IMG/VR virus record: IMGVR_UViG_3300042402_004372
Source: a virus
Length of the DNA: 64,000 bases
Reading direction: 5' to 3' (one strand)
Shown here: piece after piece, positions 10,721 through 22,124 of the stretch
How the letters are laid out: each line of letters opens with the position of its first letter
How positions within the stretch are numbered: the stretch's first letter is position 1
Notes under the pieces: model-generated
Told to the model about the DNA's origin: nothing
Seen by the model: only the letters and a program-made list of their open reading frames with translations
Database searches by the model: none
Translations under genes and position numbers: made by a program

Positions 10721-13475
10721 ATGTCTGATTTTAATTTTAATCTTAATGACTTCAATGATTCTACTTCTTTTATAGCAAAGTTGTCAGAGGGTTATAATCC
10801 CGATGGAGCGGCTAGCTTAGTTACTTCAGCTTCAAAAGAAAGTTATTCAAATCAGACATTAACATCTAGAAATCTAACAGACATAATGGCTGGACGGAGC
10901 GTTAACCAGAAATCCAGCAGCGTTAGCAGACGCATCGTCAAAGTTTGTTAGGTCATCTCTTCACTCTATATTAGCAACAGGCATTCAGTCCGGCGATGCA
11001 TTCCAAGTAGCTAATCCAGATTATCAGGGACCTGGAGATCTAGAGGTATTAAAAGGTGACCAGGCATATCTAAAGGTAGTCTCTCAATCTTTAGTCGGAA
11101 CTGGTTTTGCGCCAACGTCAGTTCTAAATCCTTTATTAGAATCAACAAATGGAAAATGGCCAGGAAACGATAAGTCTAAAGTTGGAGATTCTACTGGAGC
11201 ACTATTCACTCATAATAGCACCGCCTATAGAATAGATGGTGACGCTCCAGGTTTGGGAGAAAGAGCTATAGCTGCAGATGAAGAATTAAGCGAGGAAGAA
11301 AAACAAATATACATAGAAAGAGGAACACTTCTTAAACAATCTATCAATGAACCAGCTTTAACACTTGGGTTTGAGTTTGACATACCAAATGTTCTATCTT
11401 CTTATTCTTTTGTGCAAACAAATTCATACTACACAGATGAATCTAATCCAACTGAGGAGTCTGTTGAATCATCACTGATAAGCGCTCCTAAGAAAAAAGC
11501 ATACATTAGTGCTTCTCTAATTGAATGCTTATTGATGATGACAGATGTGAATAAAGGTGTTAAAATAAATGGCACATTTGCTCTTAATAGAGCGGTGTTG
11601 TCAGAAAGCGATAAGACGAGTAGGCATTCAAATCCAGAAAGTGGAATTGATAAGAATAATAAAAACTCTATATCTGATCATGTTTTTGGAAGAGCATTTG
11701 ATATTAGATCAGTTGGTGACTATGGAGTAATAAGAGGCAAAGAGAGATACGCAATTGCCTTAGATATAGTTTTACAAAAGTTAAATACAATGCCACAACC
11801 CCTGATGCCAGATCTTATAGTTATCCATCCAGACGTTGCAAAGGATAAGGGAATTGGAGAAGGCTATGAAAAAGTTGATACTGCAATCAAAACACAGTAT
11901 CCAAATCTAAAATATGTTAACTTTGAATTTGGTCCAGAGCATACGGAAAATATTCATATTAGCTTTAGCCCACAAAGAGGTGGTAAATACATTGGTTCTG
12001 GTGGCTGGAAAACCTCCGATGCTTCAGCTCAAAAGTTTGATGAAAATGGAAACCCAGTAGACGATTCAGGAAGTGGGGCATCAGCAAAAGAAAAAGCCTA
12101 TAAAAATTATAAAAATGGTGGTCCAGCAATAACACTATATGAATTATTTATAATGCTCTCTCAAGAAGGTCCATTTTCTGACGAGGCAGCAGCAATTTTT
12201 TGCGCTGTAGCAGGAAGAGAGAGTGGAGCCAGTCCAGCAGGTTATAACGGCAAATGTTTCGATAACAAGACAAGTTGGGGTGGTGACGTTTCAATTGGAA
12301 TGTTTCAGTATAATTTGATTTCCTTAATCAAGAGGTCGACCAACGCATCAAACGACGTGCCAATTTACTATGATGGTTCTGCTGCAACAAAGCAATTAGT
12401 TAAAGCTCACAGGTTAATGTACTCTGCTACTGAAGCTTCTTCCTGGGATCCCAACGCTGTAGCAAAAAAATTAGTAGAGATTTATAGTACAACCACTAAT
12501 AAAGAGGCTTCAAAGTCTACTACCGATGACAGGTTGTGGTTCCCAATTAATCAAGTTTGGATGCTAATGGATAAGTGGGGCAGAAAAGATTTTAAAAACG
12601 TAAATAAGATAGATGCATCTAATGGTTTTTTCCATTGGGGAGATTATGATAACTCAGATAAAACACCAAGATCTGATTGTGGATTTATATTCGGAACAAA
12701 ATTTCAAAATGCTGTTAACGTATATTTAACAACAGGAAAACCTATAGAAACACTAGAAGATTGGGTTAGAGTAAATTTTAAAAAGAATAATAAAAGAACA
12801 ATAAACTATATAGAACAGTGGATGGATGGAACTGTTTTCTATGATCACGCTAAAGATGGTTCGTTGATAAACGAAGAAGATAGTGGAGTCATTACATATG
12901 AGGTAAATGTAGTTGAAAAACAAGGTGCTAGTGGAGATGGGTCTCCCGCATCTTTCACTAAGTACCAAATTGAAGAAGCTGCAGACTGGATTAGCACTAA
13001 TAAGATTCCTCAATGGCTTGCTAAGTATCGTCCAGATCTTGAAGGAAACTTTGGTTGCGATAGATTTGCCAGAGTTCTTTCAGCTGCTTTGGGATTATTT
13101 GGTACAGCTCAAACTGCACTATTTACAGATGAGTGGGGAACTGCCGGCAATGCACCTGAGTATACGGTGCCTACGCCTACTCTTAGCTCATTCCCAACAG
13201 CAGGAGAACACTTATCCAATCTGATATCTAGCTCCTCATTTTATAAACCAGAGACTGAAAACGGAAAGAACCCACCAGCTGGTTATTTGGTATTTTGGCA
13301 GGGTGGGACTGATGACTATGGCCACGTAGGGGTTTCAATAGGAAATGGTCAGTACGTTGACCAGCATGATGAAAGTGAAGGGTCTGATAGACCAAGACCA
13401 AGAAATATAAATTCAACGATTTTCCCAGGAAGTAAGTATACCTATGCTGGAGCATCGTCTGCATGGAGTGCATAA
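10721..13475 (+). CDS. Virion-associated peptidoglycan hydrolase (M15-like peptidase + lytic transglycosylase + NlpC/CHAP-like), about 917 aa, joined by a +1 shift at CGG 10895
   Basis: ORF 10721-10951 joins the +1 frame, which is open from 10887 to 13475. Motifs SDHVFGRAFD..HTENIHIS; AGRESG..SIGMFQ; GCDRF..GYLVFW..YGHVGVSIGNG. Confidence 0.7.
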
Positions 13476-13486
13476 GGAGATAGAGT

Positions 13487-13849
13487 ATGAAACAGTATCC
13501 AAAATTTGATGAAAAATTAAATTCACACATTAGCAATAATCAGCTTCAGCAATCTAAGACAAGATCTGGAACTATTATGTCATACAATAAGATGAATAAT
13601 ACGGCTGTAATTATCTTAGACGATAGGATGACAAATCAAGTTGGCAACATAATAAGAGGAGTCCCATGCCCATCAACTCTTGGTGTACAAAGTGTTGCGC
13701 CAACAGCTGGTACAAGATGCATAATCGGTTTTGCCGATGCCAATGAAAGATTTCCGCATATAGTATCATATATAGACGATACAAATAGCGTAGGAAGATA
13801 TATGCCCAACTACAGTGTAGACACTGGTGTACCAAAGTTTATGGTTTAA
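13487..13849 (+). CDS. Putative baseplate spike-associated (gp5 OB-fold-like) protein
   Basis: AGGAG RBS; lies between the tail lysin and gp25; ..PTAGTRCIIGF.. resembles spike N-terminal domains. Confidence 0.4.
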   Translation: MKQYPKFDEKLNSHISNNQLQQSKTRSGTIMSYNKMNNTAVIILDDRMTNQVGNIIRGVPCPSTLGVQSVAPTAGTRCIIGFADANERFPHIVSYIDDTNSVGRYMPNYSVDTGVPKFMV

Positions 13850-13850
13850 A

Positions 13851-14555
13851 ATGTCAGAAAAAATTCACGCACAAAAGTCTTTCGAATCAGTAGCTGGCAA
13901 GACCGCTTCTGAGTTAGATGAATTAAGTAGGAGAAAAAACTTTTCCCAAAGAGAAGTAGGACTTACTCATCCGGACAATTCATCTTTTATAAGACTAACT
14001 GATTCTGGTGATATAGAAATATTTTCAGCGCCTGGAGTAGGTATAGTTATAAATGGATCAACAAAAACCATTTCTCTTTTTGCGGATAATATTAAGTTTT
14101 TTACAAAAGAAGATGGTTTAAAATGGAACTCCATGGAATTTAATCATTCGGCAACTGTGTTTTCGGAGCCAGCATTTGTCAGCGCAAATGATAAATCTTA
14201 TAATCCAGCTTTTTTAAATATGGATCATTATATAAAGAATTTAGATTTAATAGACCAAGAAGATTCACAACAAGCAGTTACTATTAACGGCAGCTACGCC
14301 TATAGGGAAACCACTAACACTGATGTTGTATCGGTGGATGTGTTAGAAAATTCTTCATTAGATAATGATTTTACAAAAGAAGATATTATTAAATTAGATT
14401 CTTTTTGGGATAGGAACGCCTCTGCATTGTTTAACGCAGTGAGTATATCAAAGGCTAATTTAACGAATAGAATAAGAGACCTAATGTCTAATGGGCGTTC
14501 GATAGACCAGGCATTAGATATTTTTAAAGAAAGCATAGGAGATAATAATGTCTGA
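13851..14555 (+). CDS. Putative baseplate spike/needle-like protein
   Basis: Beta-strand repeats SFIRLTDSGDIEI..GIVINGSTKTISL; baseplate context; ATG 13851 follows the upstream stop. Confidence 0.4.
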   Translation: MSEKIHAQKSFESVAGKTASELDELSRRKNFSQREVGLTHPDNSSFIRLTDSGDIEIFSAPGVGIVINGSTKTISLFADNIKFFTKEDGLKWNSMEFNHSATVFSEPAFVSANDKSYNPAFLNMDHYIKNLDLIDQEDSQQAVTINGSYAYRETTNTDVVSVDVLENSSLDNDFTKEDIIKLDSFWDRNASALFNAVSISKANLTNRIRDLMSNGRSIDQALDIFKESIGDNNV

Positions 14556-14928
14556 TTTTTACATCAGCCTTAGCGGTGATTTAGTAGTAAATGGATCTGG
14601 AGATTTGGGCTTAGTTCAATCTATGTCAGAAAAAGATATACAGCATGTATATATGAGGTTAATGACTGAGCCAGGTGACTTCTTCATCTACCCTCAACTA
14701 GGGACTCAACTGTCGATGCTATACGGAATGCCTCAAAACCCTCAAACTGGCGACTTCGGTAAAAGATTAATTCGTGCAGCCCTAGAAAGAGAAGGGGTTT
14801 TTAAAAACAGACAAATTACTATTGAGGCAGTACCGGTTTCCGCAGATTCTATTAGGTTTGATGTTTACCTAATGGGTGATTTAAATGAACCTACGATATT
14901 GTCAATAACACAAGACTTAGGAGCCTAG
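14548..14928 (+). CDS. Baseplate wedge protein, gp25/GPW-like
   Basis: 126 aa; GDL..RLMTEPGDFFIYPQLG pattern; immediately upstream of baseplate J. Confidence 0.75.
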   Translation: MSDFYISLSGDLVVNGSGDLGLVQSMSEKDIQHVYMRLMTEPGDFFIYPQLGTQLSMLYGMPQNPQTGDFGKRLIRAALEREGVFKNRQITIEAVPVSADSIRFDVYLMGDLNEPTILSITQDLGA

Positions 14929-14929
14929 A

Positions 14930-16090
14930 GTGGTATCAGTTAATATAAAGAGTAAAGAGCAAATGCTGGTAGCCACTCTTAATGCTCTGCAAAAAAACGC
15001 AGGAATTAGCGCTATTTCTCCTGGATCAATAGCCAGAGCTTTTGCGGAAGCAATTCATTCTGAAATTAGCGATCTTTACAACTCCTTAAAGGTGAGTATA
15101 GAGCAGTCTAATCTTTCAACAGCTTCAGGAATCAACCTAGATATGATAGGCGCCTTGTATAATGTACAGCGTAGAACGATATCATCTGAACTAGTCCCAG
15201 AAAGAGTTACTGGAAATATAGAATTTTATTTAAATACAACTCACAGTTCAACCGTAACCATTCCAAAGGGAACGCTCGTATATAATGATACGACAGCATT
15301 TTCTTCAACCCAATATCAGTATGAACTAAATTCAGATATCGTTATAACAACGGGTAATACAAGAGCCTATGGGTCAGTTAAGGCAAAATTTGCAGACAAC
15401 AATGTAACTGCAGCTAGAAACACCCTGGTAAGACATAATTTTATATCACCTCCGGGTATTGTAGTTTACTGCAACAACCCGAAGGAAGTTTATAGTAGCC
15501 TAAACTCAGAATCTGATGACAACTACAGAAGAAGAATAGTTTCAGCAATTAGAGGCTCTGCGTCAGGCACTGCAGAGTCTGTTAGATTTGCAGCCTTGTC
15601 AGTTAAGGGTGTAAGGGATGTAAAAATAAGAGAAGCCTCTCTTGGTGTTGGAACATGTGACATAGTTGTTATACCAGAAACTCAAGCTGGAATAAGTATA
15701 ATGAGTCAGTTGGTTTACGAAAAAATTAAAGCAGTTAAACCAGTTGGTATCAATATGAATCTTAGAATAGCCACTAAAAAATTAGTAAATGTTTCAGCTA
15801 CCTTGACCCTAAGAGAAGGAACAACGGGAGCAATTGCTAGGAGCGTAGAAAATCAATCAAAGATTTTCTTAAATAGATATTTAAATAGTCTCACAATTGG
15901 TGACTCAGTTTCAATATCAGAAATAGAAAGACAGATGAAGCTTTCTTCAGAGTTAATCATGTCTGTCACTGTTAGTAACATTAAGGTAGACAATAGAAAT
16001 ATACCCAATAAAGATTATAGACTATCTGATGATAAAAGTTACATGGCTGCTGGTACGCTTAGCCTATTCTCTGTTATAATGGGAGCGTAA
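14930..16090 (+). CDS. Baseplate J-like wedge protein
   Basis: ASGINLDMIG, IPKGTLV, ESDDNYRRRI..GTAESVRFAALSVKGV. Confidence 0.85.
   Translation: MVSVNIKSKEQMLVATLNALQKNAGISAISPGSIARAFAEAIHSEISDLYNSLKVSIEQSNLSTASGINLDMIGALYNVQRRTISSELVPERVTGNIEFYLNTTHSSTVTIPKGTLVYNDTTAFSSTQYQYELNSDIVITTGNTRAYGSVKAKFADNNVTAARNTLVRHNFISPPGIVVYCNNPKEVYSSLNSESDDNYRRRIVSAIRGSASGTAESVRFAALSVKGVRDVKIREASLGVGTCDIVVIPETQAGISIMSQLVYEKIKAVKPVGINMNLRIATKKLVNVSATLTLREGTTGAIARSVENQSKIFLNRYLNSLTIGDSVSISEIERQMKLSSELIMSVTVSNIKVDNRNIPNKDYRLSDDKSYMAAGTLSLFSVIMGA
16072..16080 (+). promoter_or_regulatory. Extended -10 promoter candidate TGTTATAAT
   Basis: TGn-TATAAT ending 33 nt upstream of ATG 16114. Confidence 0.45.
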
Positions 16091-16113
16091 ACTAGTAGAA
16101 AAGGTGTAAATTA

Positions 16114-17331
16114 ATGTCTGAACAAACTTACTCTGTTATAAGAAAGCAGATAGTAAAAGCAAAAAACATGACCCATGCAAGAATGGTATCAGAAGGATAT
16201 GATAACTTTCCTGGCGAAGTGCTACATGATGATTGCGAAATAATAGAAACTGGAATAACAGAAGTGTGGAACGAAGAAGAGCAAGACGCTCAAATCTTCT
16301 TAGATAGTCATGAAGCCACAGCCGCTGATCAATCTATCTTTTTAAGATCTGAGAATAGACGTTTGGCTAAAATAGCTGAAAAGAATAAGAACGTAAAAGA
16401 TGAAACAGTTTATGCAGTATATCAAGCTGCATTCGATGCTTTTTCATCTATAGAAACTGCTCCCATTAAAGGCCCAACACTTAAGGTGTTACCAGGGGTT
16501 CCTGAAACAGCAGTAGCGGTATTTGCGGATTGGCAATTGGGTAAGATAACTCCTGATTATAACTCTGAAGTTTTGGCAGAAAGAATAGAAGTTTATACTC
16601 AGAAACTGCTAGAAATAACGGAAATACAAAGGAAGCATCATCCTGTTAAGAATCTTCACGTATGGCTATTGGGTGACATCGTAGAGGGTGAAGAAATATT
16701 CCCAGGACAAGCTCACCTTATAGATTCTGGACTCTATAGACAAGTAGGCGTTAACGGTCCAGCAATTCTGAGCAAGTTCTTTGACACTGTATTGCAACAC
16801 TTTGAGCATGTACATGTTACTGGCGTGATAGGAAATCACGGCGCAGTAGGCGGACGTGGTAGAAAGATGCATGATCCAGAAACAAATATGGACAGACTGC
16901 TTTACAAGTCGATGGAATTCTTTTACAAAGAAGGAAGACAAGAGCCAAGAATAACCTTTAATATTCCAGATGGAAAAGGCGAAAGACACTGGTATGCTGT
17001 AGACACTATAGGTAACTACAGTTCCTTGCTAATTCATGGTGATCAAATGCCTGCACCAGGACAATATCACGGCTACTATAAGAGGGCAATGGGGTGGAAA
17101 GATGGCGCAATCCCAGAGCACTTTGAAGATATATTTATGGGCCACTATCATCAGCAATTTAAAATGACCATAGGTAGCTCAATGCTCAGGGTCTCAGGTT
17201 CACCAGAAAGCTACAACACCTATGCTCAAGAGTATTTTTCCTCAATGAGCAGACCGTGTCAGCATTTGATGTTCGTTCACCCTGAGAATGGAGTTACTTG
17301 CGAATACAGCATTTGGCTAGATGCGGTTTAG
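16114..17331 (+). CDS. Calcineurin-like metallophosphoesterase
   Basis: Motifs ADWQLG, GDIVEG, GNHG, HGD, GHYH. Confidence 0.8.
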   Translation: MSEQTYSVIRKQIVKAKNMTHARMVSEGYDNFPGEVLHDDCEIIETGITEVWNEEEQDAQIFLDSHEATAADQSIFLRSENRRLAKIAEKNKNVKDETVYAVYQAAFDAFSSIETAPIKGPTLKVLPGVPETAVAVFADWQLGKITPDYNSEVLAERIEVYTQKLLEITEIQRKHHPVKNLHVWLLGDIVEGEEIFPGQAHLIDSGLYRQVGVNGPAILSKFFDTVLQHFEHVHVTGVIGNHGAVGGRGRKMHDPETNMDRLLYKSMEFFYKEGRQEPRITFNIPDGKGERHWYAVDTIGNYSSLLIHGDQMPAPGQYHGYYKRAMGWKDGAIPEHFEDIFMGHYHQQFKMTIGSSMLRVSGSPESYNTYAQEYFSSMSRPCQHLMFVHPENGVTCEYSIWLDAV

Positions 17332-17342
17332 GAATTTAATAA

Positions 17343-20300
17343 ATGAAAACCTATTTGTTAAACTTTAACACTGGAGACTTCACTAAGAGTAATAATTTGT
17401 GGACCTCCAGTGTAATTGACCTTTATTCAAATAAGTTTTATAAAAACTTCTCATACACTAGGTCAGCAACTGGTTTAAATTCACTAGGTGATTACACTTA
17501 TACTGGAACTAGCATAATACAAGGCGCCACTCCAACCATAGAAGGTGCGTATGCAGTTACTGACGCTGGAGAACTATATCTTGATCCTGGCGTAAGTCCC
17601 CATCTAATCTTTAATTCAAACTCAGTCAGCGGTGACAGCCTTGTTTTTGATGCAGACAACAGTTCAACACCAATTTTTACAGCTGATTCAGAAGAAGATT
17701 ATCTCTATAGATTTATAGATACAACCTCCCGTATTGATATAAGAACTTTTAAAGGAGCTTTTTCTAGTTCTTTAAACAGTATTGAATCAATTACTTTTGA
17801 TTTAAATATATACGAATCAGACAGCCAAAATCGGACCATGGCTACTAGCAGTAACTACCACTTCTAATGCCTTAGGATCAATACTTCTATCAAAAGACGT
17901 AAAGCGATATGCAAAATTTGAAGTAGTAGTAAATACAGAATTAGAAGTATTAACATCTTTAAGTTTTCTTCTTATAATAGAAGTAGCTATATCGGAACCT
18001 TCTAACCCAGTAATTTCACGTTCAACAAAAAATGTACTAGGCAGATTCCCTTCATGGATGCACCTATATGAGGACTCAATAGATCAGGCTACCCCCAGTT
18101 TATATGTACCAAAGTCAACGGCTGGCAAATTTTTAAATGCGGTTGTTGGTGAAGACTTAGATAATTTTGACAGAGAAATAGATATATTTAGAATCAACTC
18201 TTTCATAGAAAGAGCTGACGTTAATCAATTAGCCTGGTTGTATTCTTCTACGAATATAACAAATGTTTTTAATAAAGTATTATCTAATGGAGTTTTGGAA
18301 CTTGCAAGAATTGATAATCTTGTTGATTTCTATAAATTAAAAGCATCTGATGATGTTTTCTATCACAACCCTTTAAATAGGGAAATTCTAACAATAAAAT
18401 CATATGGAGATCTCTCAATAAAGAGCGAAAATACTGGAGTCGTAACTCCCTTAACTCAAACACCAATATTAAGATACAACTGGTTTGATGAAATGGGTGC
18501 AAGAGTTGGCTTATTTAGAATGCATCTTGAATCGAATGTTTCCTATAAGGAAAGGATTTTAGATGTATTTAAAAATCCAAATGGCGCCGATATAGAATCA
18601 TTTAAAAAAGTTCTTAGAAGAGAGTTGAATCTTTGGAAGGCTTTTGGCGCTACTCCGTCTTCTAGCTATCCAGGTGCAACACCTGAAATTTTAGAAATAT
18701 CAGATATAGAATATTCAACTCCATATTTTACTGCAGATGGTAATCCAACTGATCTATTTAAAAAATTAGTAGATGATTTAAATGTAAGATACCCTACAAA
18801 TTGGGGATACTTTAGATTTGGAGATAGCATTTGGGACTACGCTGGAGAGGATAATGAAGGCGTTAATAGAATCCGCTCTAGATACTATGATGAAGAAATT
18901 GCAATACCATATTATCAACCAGGAGTTGGAGACTTAAATGACGCTGGATTATTTGTCACTAACTATGATGCAACTCCTCAGTTTTTTGAAACTTCAATAG
19001 TTGCTAAGGGTAAAAAAAATGTTAGCACTTCTTTAAAGTATGAACCAGTAAAACTTCAGTATGAGTATTACGGTTCCTATGAAATTACCGAATACAATAA
19101 TCCAGCAGCTACTGTAAATTTAACTCTTGAATTTAGCGCTACCCCGCACGGATCATACGCAACGCCAATAACATTTTTTGCGCCGCTCACATTCTATCCA
19201 AAGAATAATTTTGGTCCAACTCACTCAGCTTACCCGGAATATAATTCTATAGAAATATTTGATACAGAAGGATATGTTTCATCAAAATATTCACTAAAAG
19301 AAAAACAAACATTATCTGGATATAAAGATACAAAAAGTTCAATTAAAACATCTAGATTAGAAGTGTCTGAAATAGAAAACATAGTTATTAAAAATGGATT
19401 ATGGAATGGCTCAACTTATGCAACGCCAAACTCTAATAACTTTGAAGCAAAGTTTTCTCACAGAACTGCGAATCTAATAAGCAGTACGACGTTATTATCA
19501 GCAACACCAAACTTTGCCCAAAGTACGCAACTGCAACTTCTTTCAAAACTATACAATCCAGTTCAAGTAACCAAATATACAACTCCTCAAGAGTCTGAAA
19601 TTATAATTAATAATGTTGCTACACCACCAAGTGGTTATTCAATTGATCATAATAGAATTGTCTCTAATATAATCATGCCAGTAGGAGCAACGCCAAGACA
19701 GATATTTATTAATAACTTGAAACCAACAAGCGTAGACTTAGATTACCTTGATGACAATTCAGTTTTCTCTGGCTATGGTGGTGTTTCTTATTATCTAGAA
19801 ACTGACAGAGAAGTATTTATTCCATCTTCACCTAACTTAAGCATAAGATTTAATAGTTCAAATCTTGCAACACCTAGCTCTAATGCTAAAATTGGAACAA
19901 CTACAGTAAACGGATCTGCCGCGACTGCATCATATTACTTTACTCAACTTAGCTATCCATATACCAGTACTCCGAATTCACTTACGGTATCAACTCAAGA
20001 TAGCTCAATCTATCCATTTGAGATAGTTAATTGGGATCCCTTTGAACTAACACATGCTTCTCCTATCTCTGGATACGTTGATGAATATGGGGTAATAAGT
20101 TATAACTCGTTAAATGGTGAATATGTTCCAGGGAAAAATACTAATTATATTTCACTGCCAGAATTAACAAGAGAAGGTTTTGGTCTATCTGGTTCTGAAA
20201 AATTTAAATACTTCTTTGAAACAATTGAAGTTTTAGATCCTGAATCTGTAAATGTATCAGTTTGGTCAGAGCAAAAAATAGTTAATCCATTTCTAAATAG

Positions 20301-22122
20301 AACGTATGTATTGAATGCTAATGATATTTCTAGCATTTATGAAGACGCTAAATACACCACAAAGAGTTTAAGATATCCAGATAATTCAATTTCTGAATCA
20401 TACGATTTAGAAAGAAATACTACAGTATTTAATAATTTTATAGTCAGAGGAAAGCTCTACGACGCAAGATTAGATGCCAGAATTAATACTGGTTGGATTC
20501 ATTTAGACAATGATGAGTATTACGTCTACGCTAAGCCGGTAACTGAAGTAGAAACTGGAGTATTAAAAGAGGTAACACTAAACAATACTCCTAGGCAGGG
20601 TGCTCCAGTCGTGGTAAATGTCTCTTTGCTTGGTTCAGCAACTCCTGAAATTTATACTGAGGTGGGATTCCCTGATGAGGCTTCTCCAAGGCATTTTGGA
20701 TTCTATAATACAGAAGTACTACAGCCTAAATTTGATAATAGCTTTCATCTTGGTTATAAAAATGTTTATAATCTTTCTATTACGGATGGTTACACTGGAG
20801 AGCTTCTATTCAGCAATCTTTCAACAAATAATTCATTTATTAAGTTAGATAAATCTACATATGAATTTAAGAAGGATAGAGACTATTATATAAAGTATAA
20901 GGTTGTTAATTCGTATTATGTAGATAATATCCTTGATGGTTCTTCATATTATTCAAAGATAGTTTTTGATGCTACTCCTAACGCTACAATGAACTATGAG
21001 ATCACATATGAATCTTCGATATATCAAGATTCAACACCTCTTGATCTGAATTTTGGACAGACAAGTTCGCTTTTAGAAAAGGGCTACGTAATTGCATCAA
21101 GTGCAACATATGACTTTGACAGAATAAGGGTAGTTGTTTCGCCAGGTTATATCTTGGACGATGGAAATGATTATATAACCATAAGCATAATTTCTTTAGA
21201 TACTGAGGGAAACCCAAAACCATATCAAAGCTTTAGCCTTTCTTCTGAGCTGCATCAGCTTGCTTTTGATAACAGTATCATAACCACAGATGATGAAGGG
21301 TTTGCTTCTACGAATGCAGTTTACCAGAGTGGAAATATCGTTGAGAATAAGAATGTTAAAATCCTAATTAGCGGAGTGACATATCCAGCCAATCCATTAG
21401 CACACCCTGATAGTGAAACTAATGGATCTGTCTACACTGAGTTTATTCCAGTATATTCTTCAAGATTCGAAGATGCAGCATTGTTAGCTTCGGCAAACCC
21501 AAGCATTATTAATGCCGATGGAGTGTCATCGACAACTATATCTGGAATATTAACAGCCGACAATGCACCAAGTGAAAATAGTGTAATTTACTGGAGAAAA
21601 TCTAGATATCTATACTCAGCTTTAAACGAAGTATCATATAGTCAATCAACCTTAAGGCCAGATAAGAATACTACTTCAGGCATTGTTTATACTGACAATA
21701 ATGGAAAATTTGAAATAGGTCCAATTCCTTCACAGGAAAGAGCTACTCCTGGATATTGGTTTATGGCTATCGATTCTGAGTTAGGCTCAACTCCATCCTT
21801 GACTCCGAATACATCAGTTGGCGATGTTCTATTCTGGTACGAATCTTACGATAATGTAGACATCAATTTTGTGCCTGGATTAAAGATACCTGATATAATT
21901 AACCATGATATTAGTAAATCGTTGAATATATATTCCACTCCAACGTTTAGAATTAGTTACTATAATGAAAACATAGTAGACAATACTGAATCGACGCCTA
22001 GATGGACGCCGCCACAATGGCTGCCAATTTCAAGATACGACCAGTATCAAGCTGGATATTTTGGTGCAACCCCATATGTTATTTCAGATTATTCTAACTT
22101 AATAAAGGATTATGAGGATTAA
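17343..22122 (+). CDS. Large structural (tail/baseplate) protein, about 1592 aa, joined by a +1 shift at CGG 17832
   Basis: ORF 17343-17867 joins the +1 frame open from 17806 to 22122; both parts carry the Ala-Thr-Pro motif; Ig-like C-terminal segments (SANPSIINADGVSSTTI, YTDNNGKF). Confidence 0.65.
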
Positions 22123-22124
22123 TT

